Shown piece after piece: positions 40,832 to 51,000 of a stretch of DNA of 64,000 nucleotides. The notes under the pieces were generated by a model. That model saw only the letters and a list, made by a program, of their open reading frames with translations, did no database searches and was not told the origin of the DNA. The position numbers were made by a program, and so were the translations under genes. The number at the start of each line of letters is the position of its first letter. Position 1 is the first letter of the stretch. Source of the DNA: Gammaproteobacteria bacterium (GTDB lineage: Bacteria; Pseudomonadota; Gammaproteobacteria; HK1); contig JAACFO010000006.1 in NCBI GenBank assembly GCA_009937425.1, positions 5,196 through 69,195 on the forward strand, in the 5' to 3' direction.

Positions 40832-40963
40832 CTAGCTCAACAGTGGGGCAACCACGGTCATCAGCAGCGTTACCACCACGGCGGCCATCAGCCAGGCGGA
40901 CCCGACATGATCGGCGCTTGCGGATAATGTCGCGCGACGTTCGTCGATTAACTCTGTTCCCAT
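40832..40963 (-). CDS. hypothetical 43-aa C-terminally anchored membrane peptide
   Basis: It reads MGTELIDERRATLSASADHVGSAWLMAAVVVTLLMTVVAPLLS. ATG 40963 is preceded by ACGGAG at -8. Its stop lies 13 nt upstream of the next ORF's ATG. Confidence 0.35.
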   Translation of the reverse strand: MGTELIDERRATLSASADHVGSAWLMAAVVVTLLMTVVAPLLS

Positions 40964-41085
40964 GACTCGACTCCGTTTGCCTGAAGCTCGAGTAAAGTTT
41001 GGCAGGCTAACCGGGCAAGGCATGTGTATTTTCACACCTTTCGGCGTTCGTGGCCCGTAATGCCTTGAAAAAGAAGCTTTTATTT

Positions 41086-41799
41086 TTAGTCTGAAGGGCT
41101 CTTCACATCGTCGATTATGCGCTCCAGTCGCTCCAGATCCCGCACCACGAGGGATTTACCCCGGCGTTCCACCAGACCCGCGTCCGAGAGCCGGCTGAGC
41201 TCCTTGGTCACGGCCTCGCGCCGCGTGCTCACGCGGCTGGCGATGTCGGCGTGGGTGGGAGGCTCGGTGATCTCCACCAGCCCCCCGTTGCAGGGGTATT
41301 CTTTCGCTAATCGCAGCAGCTCCGCGTGAATGCGATTGTTGACCCCCAGAGTGCTGAACTCCACGACCCGATCGGAAAGGTGCCTGACCAGCTCGGTGAG
41401 CCCGCACAGGACCGCGAATGCCACCTGGGGGTGGCTGCGCAGCACGTCGTGGAATGTCGACGAGCTCATGTTGAGCACCACGCTTTCTTCCAGCGTGGTT
41501 ACATTGGCGCTGCGTGGTCGCCCGTCGATGGCGGACAGGTCGCCGAACATCTCACCCGCGCGCATGTCGCGAAAAGACACCTCTTTGCCGACACGGGAGT
41601 AAATAGTGGCGCGCACCTTGCCGCCGATGAGGAAGTAGACGTCGTGGCTGTCGTCCTGATTACAGACGATGTCGGTGTGGGTCGGATGGCGAAAGGTGTG
41701 GCAGTGACGCGCAATGGCAGCGCGCTCGTCATTGTCCAGCGACCTGAAGATGTCGATGCCGATTAGCGTGTCGGCCGTCGTTTCGACCACGCGGGTCAT
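41086..41799 (-). CDS. Crp/Fnr-family transcriptional regulator
   Basis: It has a cNMP-binding fold with FGDLSAIDGRPRSANV and a C-terminal HTH (HADIASRVSTRREAVTKELSRL). The start is ATG 41799, preceded by AGGAGA. Confidence 0.86.
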   Translation of the reverse strand: MTRVVETTADTLIGIDIFRSLDNDERAAIARHCHTFRHPTHTDIVCNQDDSHDVYFLIGGKVRATIYSRVGKEVSFRDMRAGEMFGDLSAIDGRPRSANVTTLEESVVLNMSSSTFHDVLRSHPQVAFAVLCGLTELVRHLSDRVVEFSTLGVNNRIHAELLRLAKEYPCNGGLVEITEPPTHADIASRVSTRREAVTKELSRLSDAGLVERRGKSLVVRDLERLERIIDDVKSPSD

Positions 41800-41953
41800 C
41801 TGTCGTCTCTCCTGGCCGCACCCCTGAAACCGGCGGTCCACAGCATAACGCGGATGGCCGGCGTTGTCCCTCGCGCCCGGGATGACCAACTTGCTCGCAG
41901 CGTGGAAAGTCGGCAGTCTTGCCCGCCATCGAAGTCTTCTCGAGACAAACCCC

Positions 41954-43681
41954 ATGAGCACCCGAATTTCTCGCCGTCAGGCGATGCCCGTGCCGGAGGA
42001 TCTGGCGGCGGCGGTGCATCCGGTGCTTGCAAGGGTTCTTGCGGCCCGTGATGTACTGTCCGTATCGGAGCTGGACTACGGCCTGGAAAAGCTGCATCCA
42101 GCGACGGCCCTGTCCGGTATGGACGACGCGGTCGCATTGATCGTCGACGCTCTTGACGAAGACAAGCGCATCCTCGTGGTGGCGGATTTCGATGCCGATG
42201 GCGCCACCGGCTGCGCCGTGGCGGTGCGAGGGCTCAGGCTCCTGGGTGCGGGGCATGTGGATTACGTGGTGCCGAACCGCTTCGAGTTCGGCTACGGCCT
42301 GACACCGGAAATCGTCGCCATTGCCGCCGAACGCTCGCCGGAATTGCTGATCACCGTGGACAACGGGATTTCCAGCGTCGAGGGCGTAGCCGCCGCCGCG
42401 GCGCGCAACATACCGGTTATCGTCACGGATCATCATCTTCCCGGTGAATGCCTGCCGGCAGCCGCCGCCATCGTCAATCCCAATCAATCCGGCGACAGTT
42501 TTCCCAGCAAGTGCCTTGCCGGTGTCGGTGTCATGTTTTATTTGTTGATCGCGTTACGCAGTGCCCTGCGCGAAAAGGGTTGGTTCAGTGCCCGCGCCGT
42601 GAAGGAGCCGAATCTCGCCCGGCTTCTGGATCTGGTGGCCCTGGGCACGGTCGCCGATGTGGTACCCCTGGACAGCAACAATCGCGTTTTGGTTTCCCAG
42701 GGCATTGCCCGCATTCGCAGCCTGCGCGCGCAGCCCGGTGTCAGGGCGCTGCTGGAGGTCGCCGGCCGTGACTGTAGCCGCCTCACTGCAGCGGATCTGG
42801 CCTTCGCCGCCGCCCCGCGGCTGAACGCCGCCGGCCGCCTGACAGATATGACCCTGGGCATCGAATGTTTGCTGAGTGACGATCCTGTGGCCGCCGCCGA
42901 GATGGCTGCGACCCTGGACAAGCTCAATCGCGAGCGCCGTGACATCGAGGCGCGCATGCGCGATCAGGCCATTGCCCAGGTCGAGGCGCTGAGTCTGGCA
43001 AGTGAGGAGCTGCTGCCCTACGGCGTGTGTTTGTTCGACGATGACTGGCATCCCGGGGTGGTGGGTATCGTCGCTTCGCGCATCAAGGAGCGCCTGAACC
43101 GTCCGGTAATTGCATTTGCCCTGGACGGTGAAGATTCGCTCAAGGGATCGGCACGCTCGGTCAACGGTGTGCACATTCGCGATGTGCTGGCAGCGGTGGC
43201 AACACAGCACGCAGGGCTGCTGGGCAAATTCGGCGGTCATGCCATGGCCGCCGGGCTGAGTCTCCCCCGCGAGCGCTTCGATGAGTTTCGCGCGGCCTTC
43301 GACGCCGAGGTGCGACGCCATCTGGACGCCGGGGATTTGGGCGGCGCCATCTTGAGCGACGGTCCCCTGGAAAGCGACGACATCGGCCTTGCCCTGGCCA
43401 GGGAGTTGCGCGGCGCCGGTCCCTGGGGACAGGGTTTTCCGGAGCCAGTGTTCGATGGCGAGTTCCAGGTTTTGAGCAGCCGGGTCGTCGGGGAGATTCA
43501 TATGAAGCTGCGGCTGCGCGCCGGCGACGGCGCCGAGCCCGTGGACGCCATCGCCTTCAATGCGCTGGACTATTGGCCCAGGGACGCGAAAGTAGTGCGC
43601 CTGGCCTACAAGCTGGACGTGAACTGGTTTCGCGGCCGCGAGACCGCGCAGCTGGTGGTGGAGCACGCCGAAGCGAATTAG
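41954..43681 (+). CDS. recJ: single-stranded-DNA-specific exonuclease RecJ
   Basis: DHH motifs present: VVADFDADGATG, ITVDNGI and IVTDHH. The DHHA1 motif is GGHAMAAG. The start is ATG 41954. Confidence 0.95.
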   Translation: MSTRISRRQAMPVPEDLAAAVHPVLARVLAARDVLSVSELDYGLEKLHPATALSGMDDAVALIVDALDEDKRILVVADFDADGATGCAVAVRGLRLLGAGHVDYVVPNRFEFGYGLTPEIVAIAAERSPELLITVDNGISSVEGVAAAAARNIPVIVTDHHLPGECLPAAAAIVNPNQSGDSFPSKCLAGVGVMFYLLIALRSALREKGWFSARAVKEPNLARLLDLVALGTVADVVPLDSNNRVLVSQGIARIRSLRAQPGVRALLEVAGRDCSRLTAADLAFAAAPRLNAAGRLTDMTLGIECLLSDDPVAAAEMAATLDKLNRERRDIEARMRDQAIAQVEALSLASEELLPYGVCLFDDDWHPGVVGIVASRIKERLNRPVIAFALDGEDSLKGSARSVNGVHIRDVLAAVATQHAGLLGKFGGHAMAAGLSLPRERFDEFRAAFDAEVRRHLDAGDLGGAILSDGPLESDDIGLALARELRGAGPWGQGFPEPVFDGEFQVLSSRVVGEIHMKLRLRAGDGAEPVDAIAFNALDYWPRDAKVVRLAYKLDVNWFRGRETAQLVVEHAEAN

Positions 43682-45006
43682 TAGGTGACCGGTTCCGGAT
43701 TGCCGGCGCGCCGCTCCCGTGAGGCCCTGGGGTCTGATCTGCCGTATACGAGTATGCGGTCGCCGCCGGCACTCTTGGCCGCGTAGCAGGCACGGTCGGC
43801 CGCCCTCAGCACCCCTTCGACGCTTCGGCTGCCGGCGTCGATGGTGACGACGCCAATGGTGACGGTGACACTGATGGACGCATCCCGGTGCATGAAAGGA
43901 TATTCGCCGACGCTACCTTTCACGCTCTCGGCGACCCGCTCGATTTGAGGCAGCGAGCAGTGCTCCATGAGGATCGCAAAGGCGTTACCGCCAACCCGCG
44001 CAAGCGTGTCGCGCCTGCGGATTTGCTCGCCAAGCAACTCGGCGAGCTCCACCAGCAGCTGGTCGCCGGCGGGATGCCCGCAACGGTCGTTGATGCTCCT
44101 GAAGCGGTCCACGTCCACGTAGCACAGCCCGTGCTCGGAATCGCCGCCAGCCGCCGTGTCCACGACCCTTTGCAGGCGTTGCAGGAACTCCTGGCGGTTG
44201 ACGAGACCGGTTAGCGTATCGTGACTGCCGACGTGCGCTATACGGTTTTCCAGGCGTAGCGTATCGCTGGCGTCCTCGGCGACGCCGCGGTACCCGCGAA
44301 ACCGGCCGTGCCCGTCGAATACAGGCCTGCCGCTCATGCGGATGCTGCGTTTGCTGCCGTCGTCGAGGATGCGCGTGAACTGATAGTCGTCGAAGGGCCG
44401 CCTGTGCTCGAGATCCAGATGATGATTACGGGTGGCAGCGCCAGCGTGATCCTCTTCTGGAAACAGCTCGATGCGGCGGCGACCGAGAACCTGTTCCCTG
44501 GGCATGCCCATGATCTCCTCGAAGCGCGCAGACAAGTAGACGAAGCGCAGCTTCTCGTCCAGCTCCCACAACCAGTCACTGACGACTTCAGCGAAGTCAG
44601 CGAAGCGCTGCTCGCTCTCCTCCAGGGCTTCCTGGGCAAGCCGGGCATCGGTCAGGTCGCGCACGCACACGCACACACCGGCAATGACGCCGGTATCGTT
44701 GCGCACCGGCTCGAGGCCGATACGGATATAGCGAAACCCGAGCCGCGGAAAATCCCACCAGCGTTGCGTGCTGACGCTTTCGCCACCGAGGGCGCGATCT
44801 ACGGACCCCTCAATCAGCCCGGCGAAACTTTCCCGTCCCCCCGAGTCCGTGGCACGCTGCCCGATGAGGTCCTTTTCCTGCTTGCCGAAGGCCCCCAGAA
44901 ACGCGCCATTGACCGACAGACAGGTCTGCTCGGTATCGAGTACGCAAAGCATATCGACGCCGGCAGGTGTCGGCAGGCCGTGTTCCATTTCCTTGTCACT
45001 GGTCAT
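43678..45006 (-). CDS. PAS-PAS-GGDEF-domain protein with a degenerate active site (GGNAF) and retained RxxD I-site
   Basis: It has two PAS-like segments, then HDTLTGLVNRQEF...RRRDTLARVGGNAFAILM. The start is set at ATG 45006, because the track ORF opens at a TTG at 45048. There is a 4-nt convergent overlap with recJ. Confidence 0.85.
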   Translation of the reverse strand: MTSDKEMEHGLPTPAGVDMLCVLDTEQTCLSVNGAFLGAFGKQEKDLIGQRATDSGGRESFAGLIEGSVDRALGGESVSTQRWWDFPRLGFRYIRIGLEPVRNDTGVIAGVCVCVRDLTDARLAQEALEESEQRFADFAEVVSDWLWELDEKLRFVYLSARFEEIMGMPREQVLGRRRIELFPEEDHAGAATRNHHLDLEHRRPFDDYQFTRILDDGSKRSIRMSGRPVFDGHGRFRGYRGVAEDASDTLRLENRIAHVGSHDTLTGLVNRQEFLQRLQRVVDTAAGGDSEHGLCYVDVDRFRSINDRCGHPAGDQLLVELAELLGEQIRRRDTLARVGGNAFAILMEHCSLPQIERVAESVKGSVGEYPFMHRDASISVTVTIGVVTIDAGSRSVEGVLRAADRACYAAKSAGGDRILVYGRSDPRASRERRAGNPEPVTY

Positions 45007-45275
45007 ATGAAGCTCGCACCGTTTCCGCCGAATCCCCGGCGTTGTCAATCAAAACCTCGACAACAGCTCACACCGGGCGGCGCAGCGTCCTACCGGGTGT
45101 TCGTGCACGTCAAAAGTGGAATCAGGACCGGAACGTTCTTATAGTTTGTGGCAACTATACCGAATTTTCGGCGCCGATGCGCGATAGCATGCGGCTTCAT
45201 CGAGGACCGGGTCTGTAGTACCATCTCGCCGCCGTCGTGACGCGCAAGCCCATCAGATCCCCCGTCGAGGTAGCG

Positions 45276-46374
45276 ATGCTCGAACTCAATACACTATTCT
45301 CTCAAATCAAGAACATGCAAGAGCGCGTCGACGCTCTTAGGGGGTATCTTTGACGTCGATGCCCAGCGAGAGCGCTTGGAGGAGGTGCAGGGCGAACTCG
45401 AGAACCCCGACATCTGGAACGATCCCGAGAAGGCCCAGCGTCTCGGCAAAGACCGCGCCCGGCTGGAGGGAATAGTAAATACCGTCGTCAAGCTGGACGA
45501 TGGACTCGTCGAGGCCCGCGACCTTCTGGAGCTGGCCAGGGACGAGGATGATACCGAGACCGTCGGCGTGGTGGAATCCGACATTGCAGGGCTCGACAAG
45601 CACCTTGCAGAGCTCGAATTTCGCCGCATGTTCAGCGGCGAGCTGGATGCCAGCAACGCCTTTCTCGATATTCAATCCGGATCCGGCGGCACCGAGGCCC
45701 AGGATTGGGCCGAGATGCTGCTGCGCATGTATTTGCGCTGGGGGGAGCGGCGCGGCTTCAAGACCGAGATTATCGAGGCGTCCTCCGGCGAGGTGGCGGG
45801 AATCAAGAGCACGACGGTGCGCTTCGAAGGCGAATATGCTTACGGTTGGTTGCGCACCGAGACCGGTGTGCACCGATTGGTGCGCAAGTCTCCCTTCGAC
45901 TCCGGAAATCGGCGCCACACATCGTTTGCGGCGGTATTCGTGTCCCCGGAGATCGATGACGAAATTGAAGTGGAAATCAACGACGCGGATTTGCGTATTG
46001 ATGTCTACCGTGCGAGCGGAGCCGGTGGTCAACACGTGAACCGCACGGAATCGGCGGTCCGTATCACCCACCTCCCTACCAATACCGTTGTCCAGTGTCA
46101 GAACGATCGCTCCCAGCACAAGAACAAGGCGACCGCCATGAAGCAACTGAAGGCCAAACTCTACGAGCTCGAGGCCCAGAAGCGCCGCTCAGAGGCGCAG
46201 GCCGTGGAGGACACGAAGTCAGACATCGGCTGGGGTAATCAGATCCGCTCCTACGTGTTGGACCAGTCCCGCATCAAGGATCTTCGCACCGGCATCGAGG
46301 TCGGCAATACGCAAGCCGTGCTCGATGGTGATCTGGATAAATTCATAGAGGCGAGTTTGAAGGCCGGCGTGTAA
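45276..46374 (+). CDS. prfB: peptide chain release factor 2, expressed through a programmed +1 frameshift
   Basis: Frame-0 segment 45276-45350 ([25 protein letters not shown]) ends at an in-frame TGA (45351-45353). The +1 frame continues [12 protein letters not shown]... through the SPF and GGQ (SGAGGQHVN) motifs to 46374. Confidence 0.95.
45339..45354 (+). promoter_or_regulatory. prfB: RF2 autoregulatory +1 frameshift site
   Basis: The sequence AGG GGG TAT CTT TGA C has an internal SD-like AGGGGG, the slippery CTT and a TGA followed by C. It is identical in form to the E. coli prfB site. Confidence 0.92.
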
Positions 46375-46402
46375 GAAATCGCATCGGCCTTCTCGAGACA
46401 TC

Positions 46403-47920
46403 ATGTCCGATTCAATACCCAGCGACCAGTCTGCACAGCGCCGTGCCAAGCTTGCGGCACTGCGTGAACAGAACAACCCGTATCCCAATGACTTTCGCCG
46501 CAGTGCCTGGACCGCCGAGTTAATCGCCAAACACGGCGAGCGGGACGGCGAATCCCTGGAGGCGGAAGCCAATCACGTCGCCATCGTCGGGCGCATGATG
46601 TCGCAACGAATCATGGGTAAGGCAAGCTTCGCACACATCCAGGATGGCTCCGGGCGATTGCAGCTCTACGTGCGCCGCGATGACCTGCCGGACGGTGTAT
46701 ATGCGGAATTCAAGAAATGGGATCTGGGTGACATTGTTGCCGCCAGCGGTGTTATTTTCAAAACGAAGAGCGGCGAACTCTCCGTCAAAGTAGACGACAT
46801 TCGTCTGTTGACGAAATCCCTTCTGCCGTTGCCGGAGAAATTCCACGGTTTGACCGACCAGGAGATCCGATACCGCCAACGTTATCTGGATCTGATGATG
46901 AACGAGCAGGCGCGGGAAATTTTCCGCAAGCGCTCGCGCATTATCGACTATACGCGACGATTCTTTATCGAGCGCGACTACCTGGAAGTCGAGACGCCGA
47001 TGATGCACACCATTCCCGGCGGCGCCGTGGCCCGTCCTTTCGTGACTCACCACAACGCCCTAGACATGCAGCTCTATCTGCGCGTCGCCCCGGAGTTGTT
47101 TCTAAAGAGACTGGTGGTGGGCGGTTTCGAACGGGTTTTCGAGATCAACCGTAACTTCCGCAATGAAGGCGTCTCCACTCGCCATAATCCCGAGTTCACG
47201 ATGCTGGAGTTTTATCAGGCTTACGCCGATTACGTCGACTGCATGGTGCTCACCGAAGAGCTCACCCGCGGACTCGCCCGGGAAATATGCGGTGGGGAAC
47301 ACATCACCTATCAAGGTGTCCCCATCGACCTCTCGAAGCCCTTCGAACGCATGACGGTCAAGGAATCCATACTGCGCTTCAACGCCGCTATCACGGCCGA
47401 AATCCTCGACGACGAGACTGCTGCCCGAAAAGCAGCAACGGAACTCGGTATTCCCCTCGTACAGGATTATGGGCTCGGTAAAGTGTGGATTGAAATTTTC
47501 GAAAAGACCGTCGAGCATCGGCTCGTGGACCCGACCTTCATCACCGCCTATCCCGTGGAGGTGTCACCGCTGTCCAGGCGTTCGGACGACGACGCCTTCG
47601 TCGCCGATCGCTTCGAGTTCTTCGTCGCAGGCCGGGAGATGGCCAATGGTTTTTCCGAGCTCAACGATCCGGAGGATCAGGAGGCGCGCTTTCGCGCCCA
47701 GGCTGCGAATCGTGCCGCCGGGGACGTCGAGGCCATGTATTACGACGAGGACTACGTTCGTGCGTTGGAATACGGACTGCCGCCGACGGCAGGCGAGGGT
47801 ATTGGGATCGATCGGCTGGTAATGCTGCTGACCGATTCGCCGTCCATCCGAGACGTGCTGCTGTTTCCACTGATGCGGCCGGACTCGGGCGCTGCGCCGG
47901 AAGTGCCCGAAGAATGCTGA
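46403..47920 (+). CDS. lysS: lysine--tRNA ligase (class II)
   Basis: The 505-aa ORF has the class II motifs [23 protein letters not shown] and [11 protein letters not shown]. It follows prfB, as in E. coli. Confidence 0.96.
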   Translation: MSDSIPSDQSAQRRAKLAALREQNNPYPNDFRRSAWTAELIAKHGERDGESLEAEANHVAIVGRMMSQRIMGKASFAHIQDGSGRLQLYVRRDDLPDGVYAEFKKWDLGDIVAASGVIFKTKSGELSVKVDDIRLLTKSLLPLPEKFHGLTDQEIRYRQRYLDLMMNEQAREIFRKRSRIIDYTRRFFIERDYLEVETPMMHTIPGGAVARPFVTHHNALDMQLYLRVAPELFLKRLVVGGFERVFEINRNFRNEGVSTRHNPEFTMLEFYQAYADYVDCMVLTEELTRGLAREICGGEHITYQGVPIDLSKPFERMTVKESILRFNAAITAEILDDETAARKAATELGIPLVQDYGLGKVWIEIFEKTVEHRLVDPTFITAYPVEVSPLSRRSDDDAFVADRFEFFVAGREMANGFSELNDPEDQEARFRAQAANRAAGDVEAMYYDEDYVRALEYGLPPTAGEGIGIDRLVMLLTDSPSIRDVLLFPLMRPDSGAAPEVPEEC

Positions 47921-48030
47921 GTATCCCGATGCCCTCATGCTGCCGCCGGAAACGGGCAGCTGCTCGGCGTTGCGGCCTTTTTCTTCACGGTGATTCTCGC
48001 GGAATATCTTCCCGGATAGTAGCTGATCAC

Positions 48031-51000
48031 TTACAACTCGCGCAGCACGCGTTCGTATACGGCCTTGGTCTCCGGTGATGGTTCGATATTCAGCTCGGCG
48101 TTGAAGACGCGCTTGCAGGTGTTGTACACGTCGACGGCCTCGGCCTGGCGGCCAAGCTCTCGATAACAAAGCATTAATCGGCGATAAAAGGCTTCGGCCA
48201 GTTCGTCTACTTCGAGACTGCGGATGTAGCAGTCGACGGCCAGTTCCCATTCCCCGGCGGTCTCGAAGTAGCGTGCCAGTTCACCGACGCAGCGCTCGAA
48301 CTTGTTGCGCAGGCGCTCGCGCAGGCCAACGTAGCGGGGATCATCGCCTTCGCTCGCCATGAACGGGCCCCTGTACAGTTCGAGCAACCGCTCCCTGAGA
48401 CGATTTACACACTCCATGGACACCGACGATCCCGCACTCTTGAGACAGCTGTCGATCTTTCTGGTCAGCTCTTCGAAGGCGCGCAGATCGAGCCAGCAGA
48501 AACGCGGGTCCAGAGCAAGCCGGCCGTTGCGAAGCGCAACCACCTGATCGATCCCGAGATTCTTGCGCAGCCGGTGCAGGGTAGTGGTCAGTGATCGCTG
48601 GGCGTAATCGCCGTCGATGCGCGGCCAGATGGATTCGGCGAGCTTGAATTCCTGAATGTCGTCGCCGCCAAAACCCACCAGCGCTTTCAGCAGTTCCATG
48701 GGCTTGCCCTGAAGTTTCGCAAAGAAACCCATGGGTTTCCCATCTCTCAGTATTTCGAATCGGCCGAATGCGCGAATCTGGAACGGCCATGGCCATTCCT
48801 CGACTTCCAGCGGCGGCTCGTCGGGCATCAGGTTTCGTTGACGAATGAGGTCTTTTACGTACTCGACTTCGATTCCAGCCTGCAGAGCACGTACGCAAAG
48901 CTTCGCCATCATGGCCGGCTGCCACCAGAGAAAATGCTTGAAGCCGTGCTCGCGGCCAACACCCAAGGCGTAGCGCAGCGAATTGAGTGCCGATCGTTCA
49001 CGGCCATGTTCGAAGGCGCTGTGGGCATAAACCATCAGCGACATGAACTCGAACAGGGGGTTGTCAATTTCCCGCGCACCCTCGTGGACACGCCTCAACT
49101 GCGAGGCAGCTCGCCGTTCATCGCCGAGCACCGCCAAAACTTGAGCCATCGCGGTGCGGCACAGCATCACGTAAAAAGGACAGCCGGTTTCCGTCGCAAG
49201 ACGCAGCGCCGTTTTCAGTTCCCGGTGCGCAGCCACGTAATCCTCGCGCAGCATATCGAGCCACGCTGAGTAGTAGTGCAGATTGCACAGATCGAGGCGT
49301 CGAATCTCACGGGATCCTTCACGCATTTTCACGATGAGTTCTTCCGCGGTGTCGAGATCCCCGGCGCCCAGCGCGCCGCCTACGCCGTTTGACAGCAGAT
49401 GGGTGGTCCAGGCGTCGACACCGCTGGATTCGGCGATTTCGATTCCTTCGTAGACGGCTTCGAGGCATGCATCCCGATCGGCGTTTAACATGTAGTACAT
49501 CGCTTCGATGTCTTTCAAAATTGTCAATGCCAGTGGCGGCACATCGGGTGACTCGAACATCGCGCGCATTTCCGTCACGAGTTCTTTCGCCTGGCTGAAC
49601 TGTCCCGTGTAGTTGAGATTGATGGCCACCAGCAATTGCGCAGACATGCGCGACATGGTTTCCCGCAACCGGCCGCACAGTTTTCTGGCACGCTCCGACC
49701 ATTGTTTGATTTCCGGATGATGGGGTTGGCGCAGGACAAGAGAAATGAACAGGCTGACCGTCGCGCGCGCTTCTGCCTCCGTCGGGCCACTCTTACGGGA
49801 CTGCCACTCGGTACTCGACAGAAGTCTTCCAGCATCCTCGATCCAGCGATCGAGCAGCGAAAAATCGTCGAGCTCGTGGATGATGGAATCCATGGCGCCG
49901 GCGCAGGTGAGCAACAGGCCTTCGCGATCCTCGGTCTCCATGCTCGCAAACAGTGCGAATGCTTCTTCGTACAACAGACGGCTTTCGCGCTGCGAAGTCA
50001 GAAAACGGCACGAAGCACGCCAGTACTGCAGCCACGGGTCCTGCTCGAGGATGGACTCGGGGAATTCATCGATCCAGTACTCGAGAGTATCGGCACGGCC
50101 ATGGTGGAGCATCTCGGTAGCGTGTTCGAGCACCAAGCGCTTGGATTCCATCCAGTCCTGATTCTGATTGAGCAGATCAACTGCATCGTCGACCATGCCT
50201 TCCGCTTCCATGAGCGCGGCCGAGCGACGCCGTAACCGTTGGCCCTTGGAATCCAGGAAAGTTTCGCAGGCGCGCGTTACCAGGAACTCCCGAAACAGCG
50301 GATGATACGCATACACTGGTCCGGTCGAACCGGACCTCATGGAGACGTAGTAGTTTCCCCGGTGAAGCCTGGCGAGAATGTCTCCGGCGGCGGGCTCGCC
50401 GGTCAGCTCGATGGCCATGGACTCCGTGACCTGGGGCAGAAACGCGGTCATCAACAACAATTGCCGTGTCGCGTGGTCGAATTTCTGGAAGACCTCTCCC
50501 GCCAGGTAATCGAAAATGAGTTGCGGCGCCGATGCAACCGGCAACGCAGTGGTCGTACCCGTCGCCGCTGCCTGGTCGAGCATGAGTATGAGTCCCGCCG
50601 CCCACCCTTGTGTCTTCTCGTAGATCTGGCCCAGGCCCGCTTCGTCGATATCCGCGCCCCAGAGTTTGACGATGGCATCGGACTCTTCCCGCAGCAGGCG
50701 CAGATCGTTCCAGCCGAGCATCTGCATGGCCTGATTCGCGCGCAGGCGCACCATGCTTGCCGGTGGTTCCGAGCGGCTGATGACGATGATGCAGCCGTGG
50801 GGCGGAAGTTCCGCTACGGCATCGAGGATCGCCGAGTGAAACGCCGACTGCGGAGATACCTCCTGGTAGTTGTCGAGCACCAACGCAAACGGCAATTCCA
50901 GGGACGCGTAGAGACTTTGAAAGTAATGCCGTGAAAATGCGCCCAGATCGCGGCGGTACTCGGAGGTATACAAAGGCGGGGATCCGCTTGGTCGCCCACG

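Noticed and set aside
41021-41038. A CRP/FNR-like palindrome (TGTG...CACA) between the Crp-family gene and the 43-aa ORF.
   Set aside because: The half-site spacing is TGTG-N6-CACA rather than the TGTGA-N6-TCACA or TTGAT-N4-ATCAA consensus geometries, and the arms are only 4 bp. That is too weak to call.
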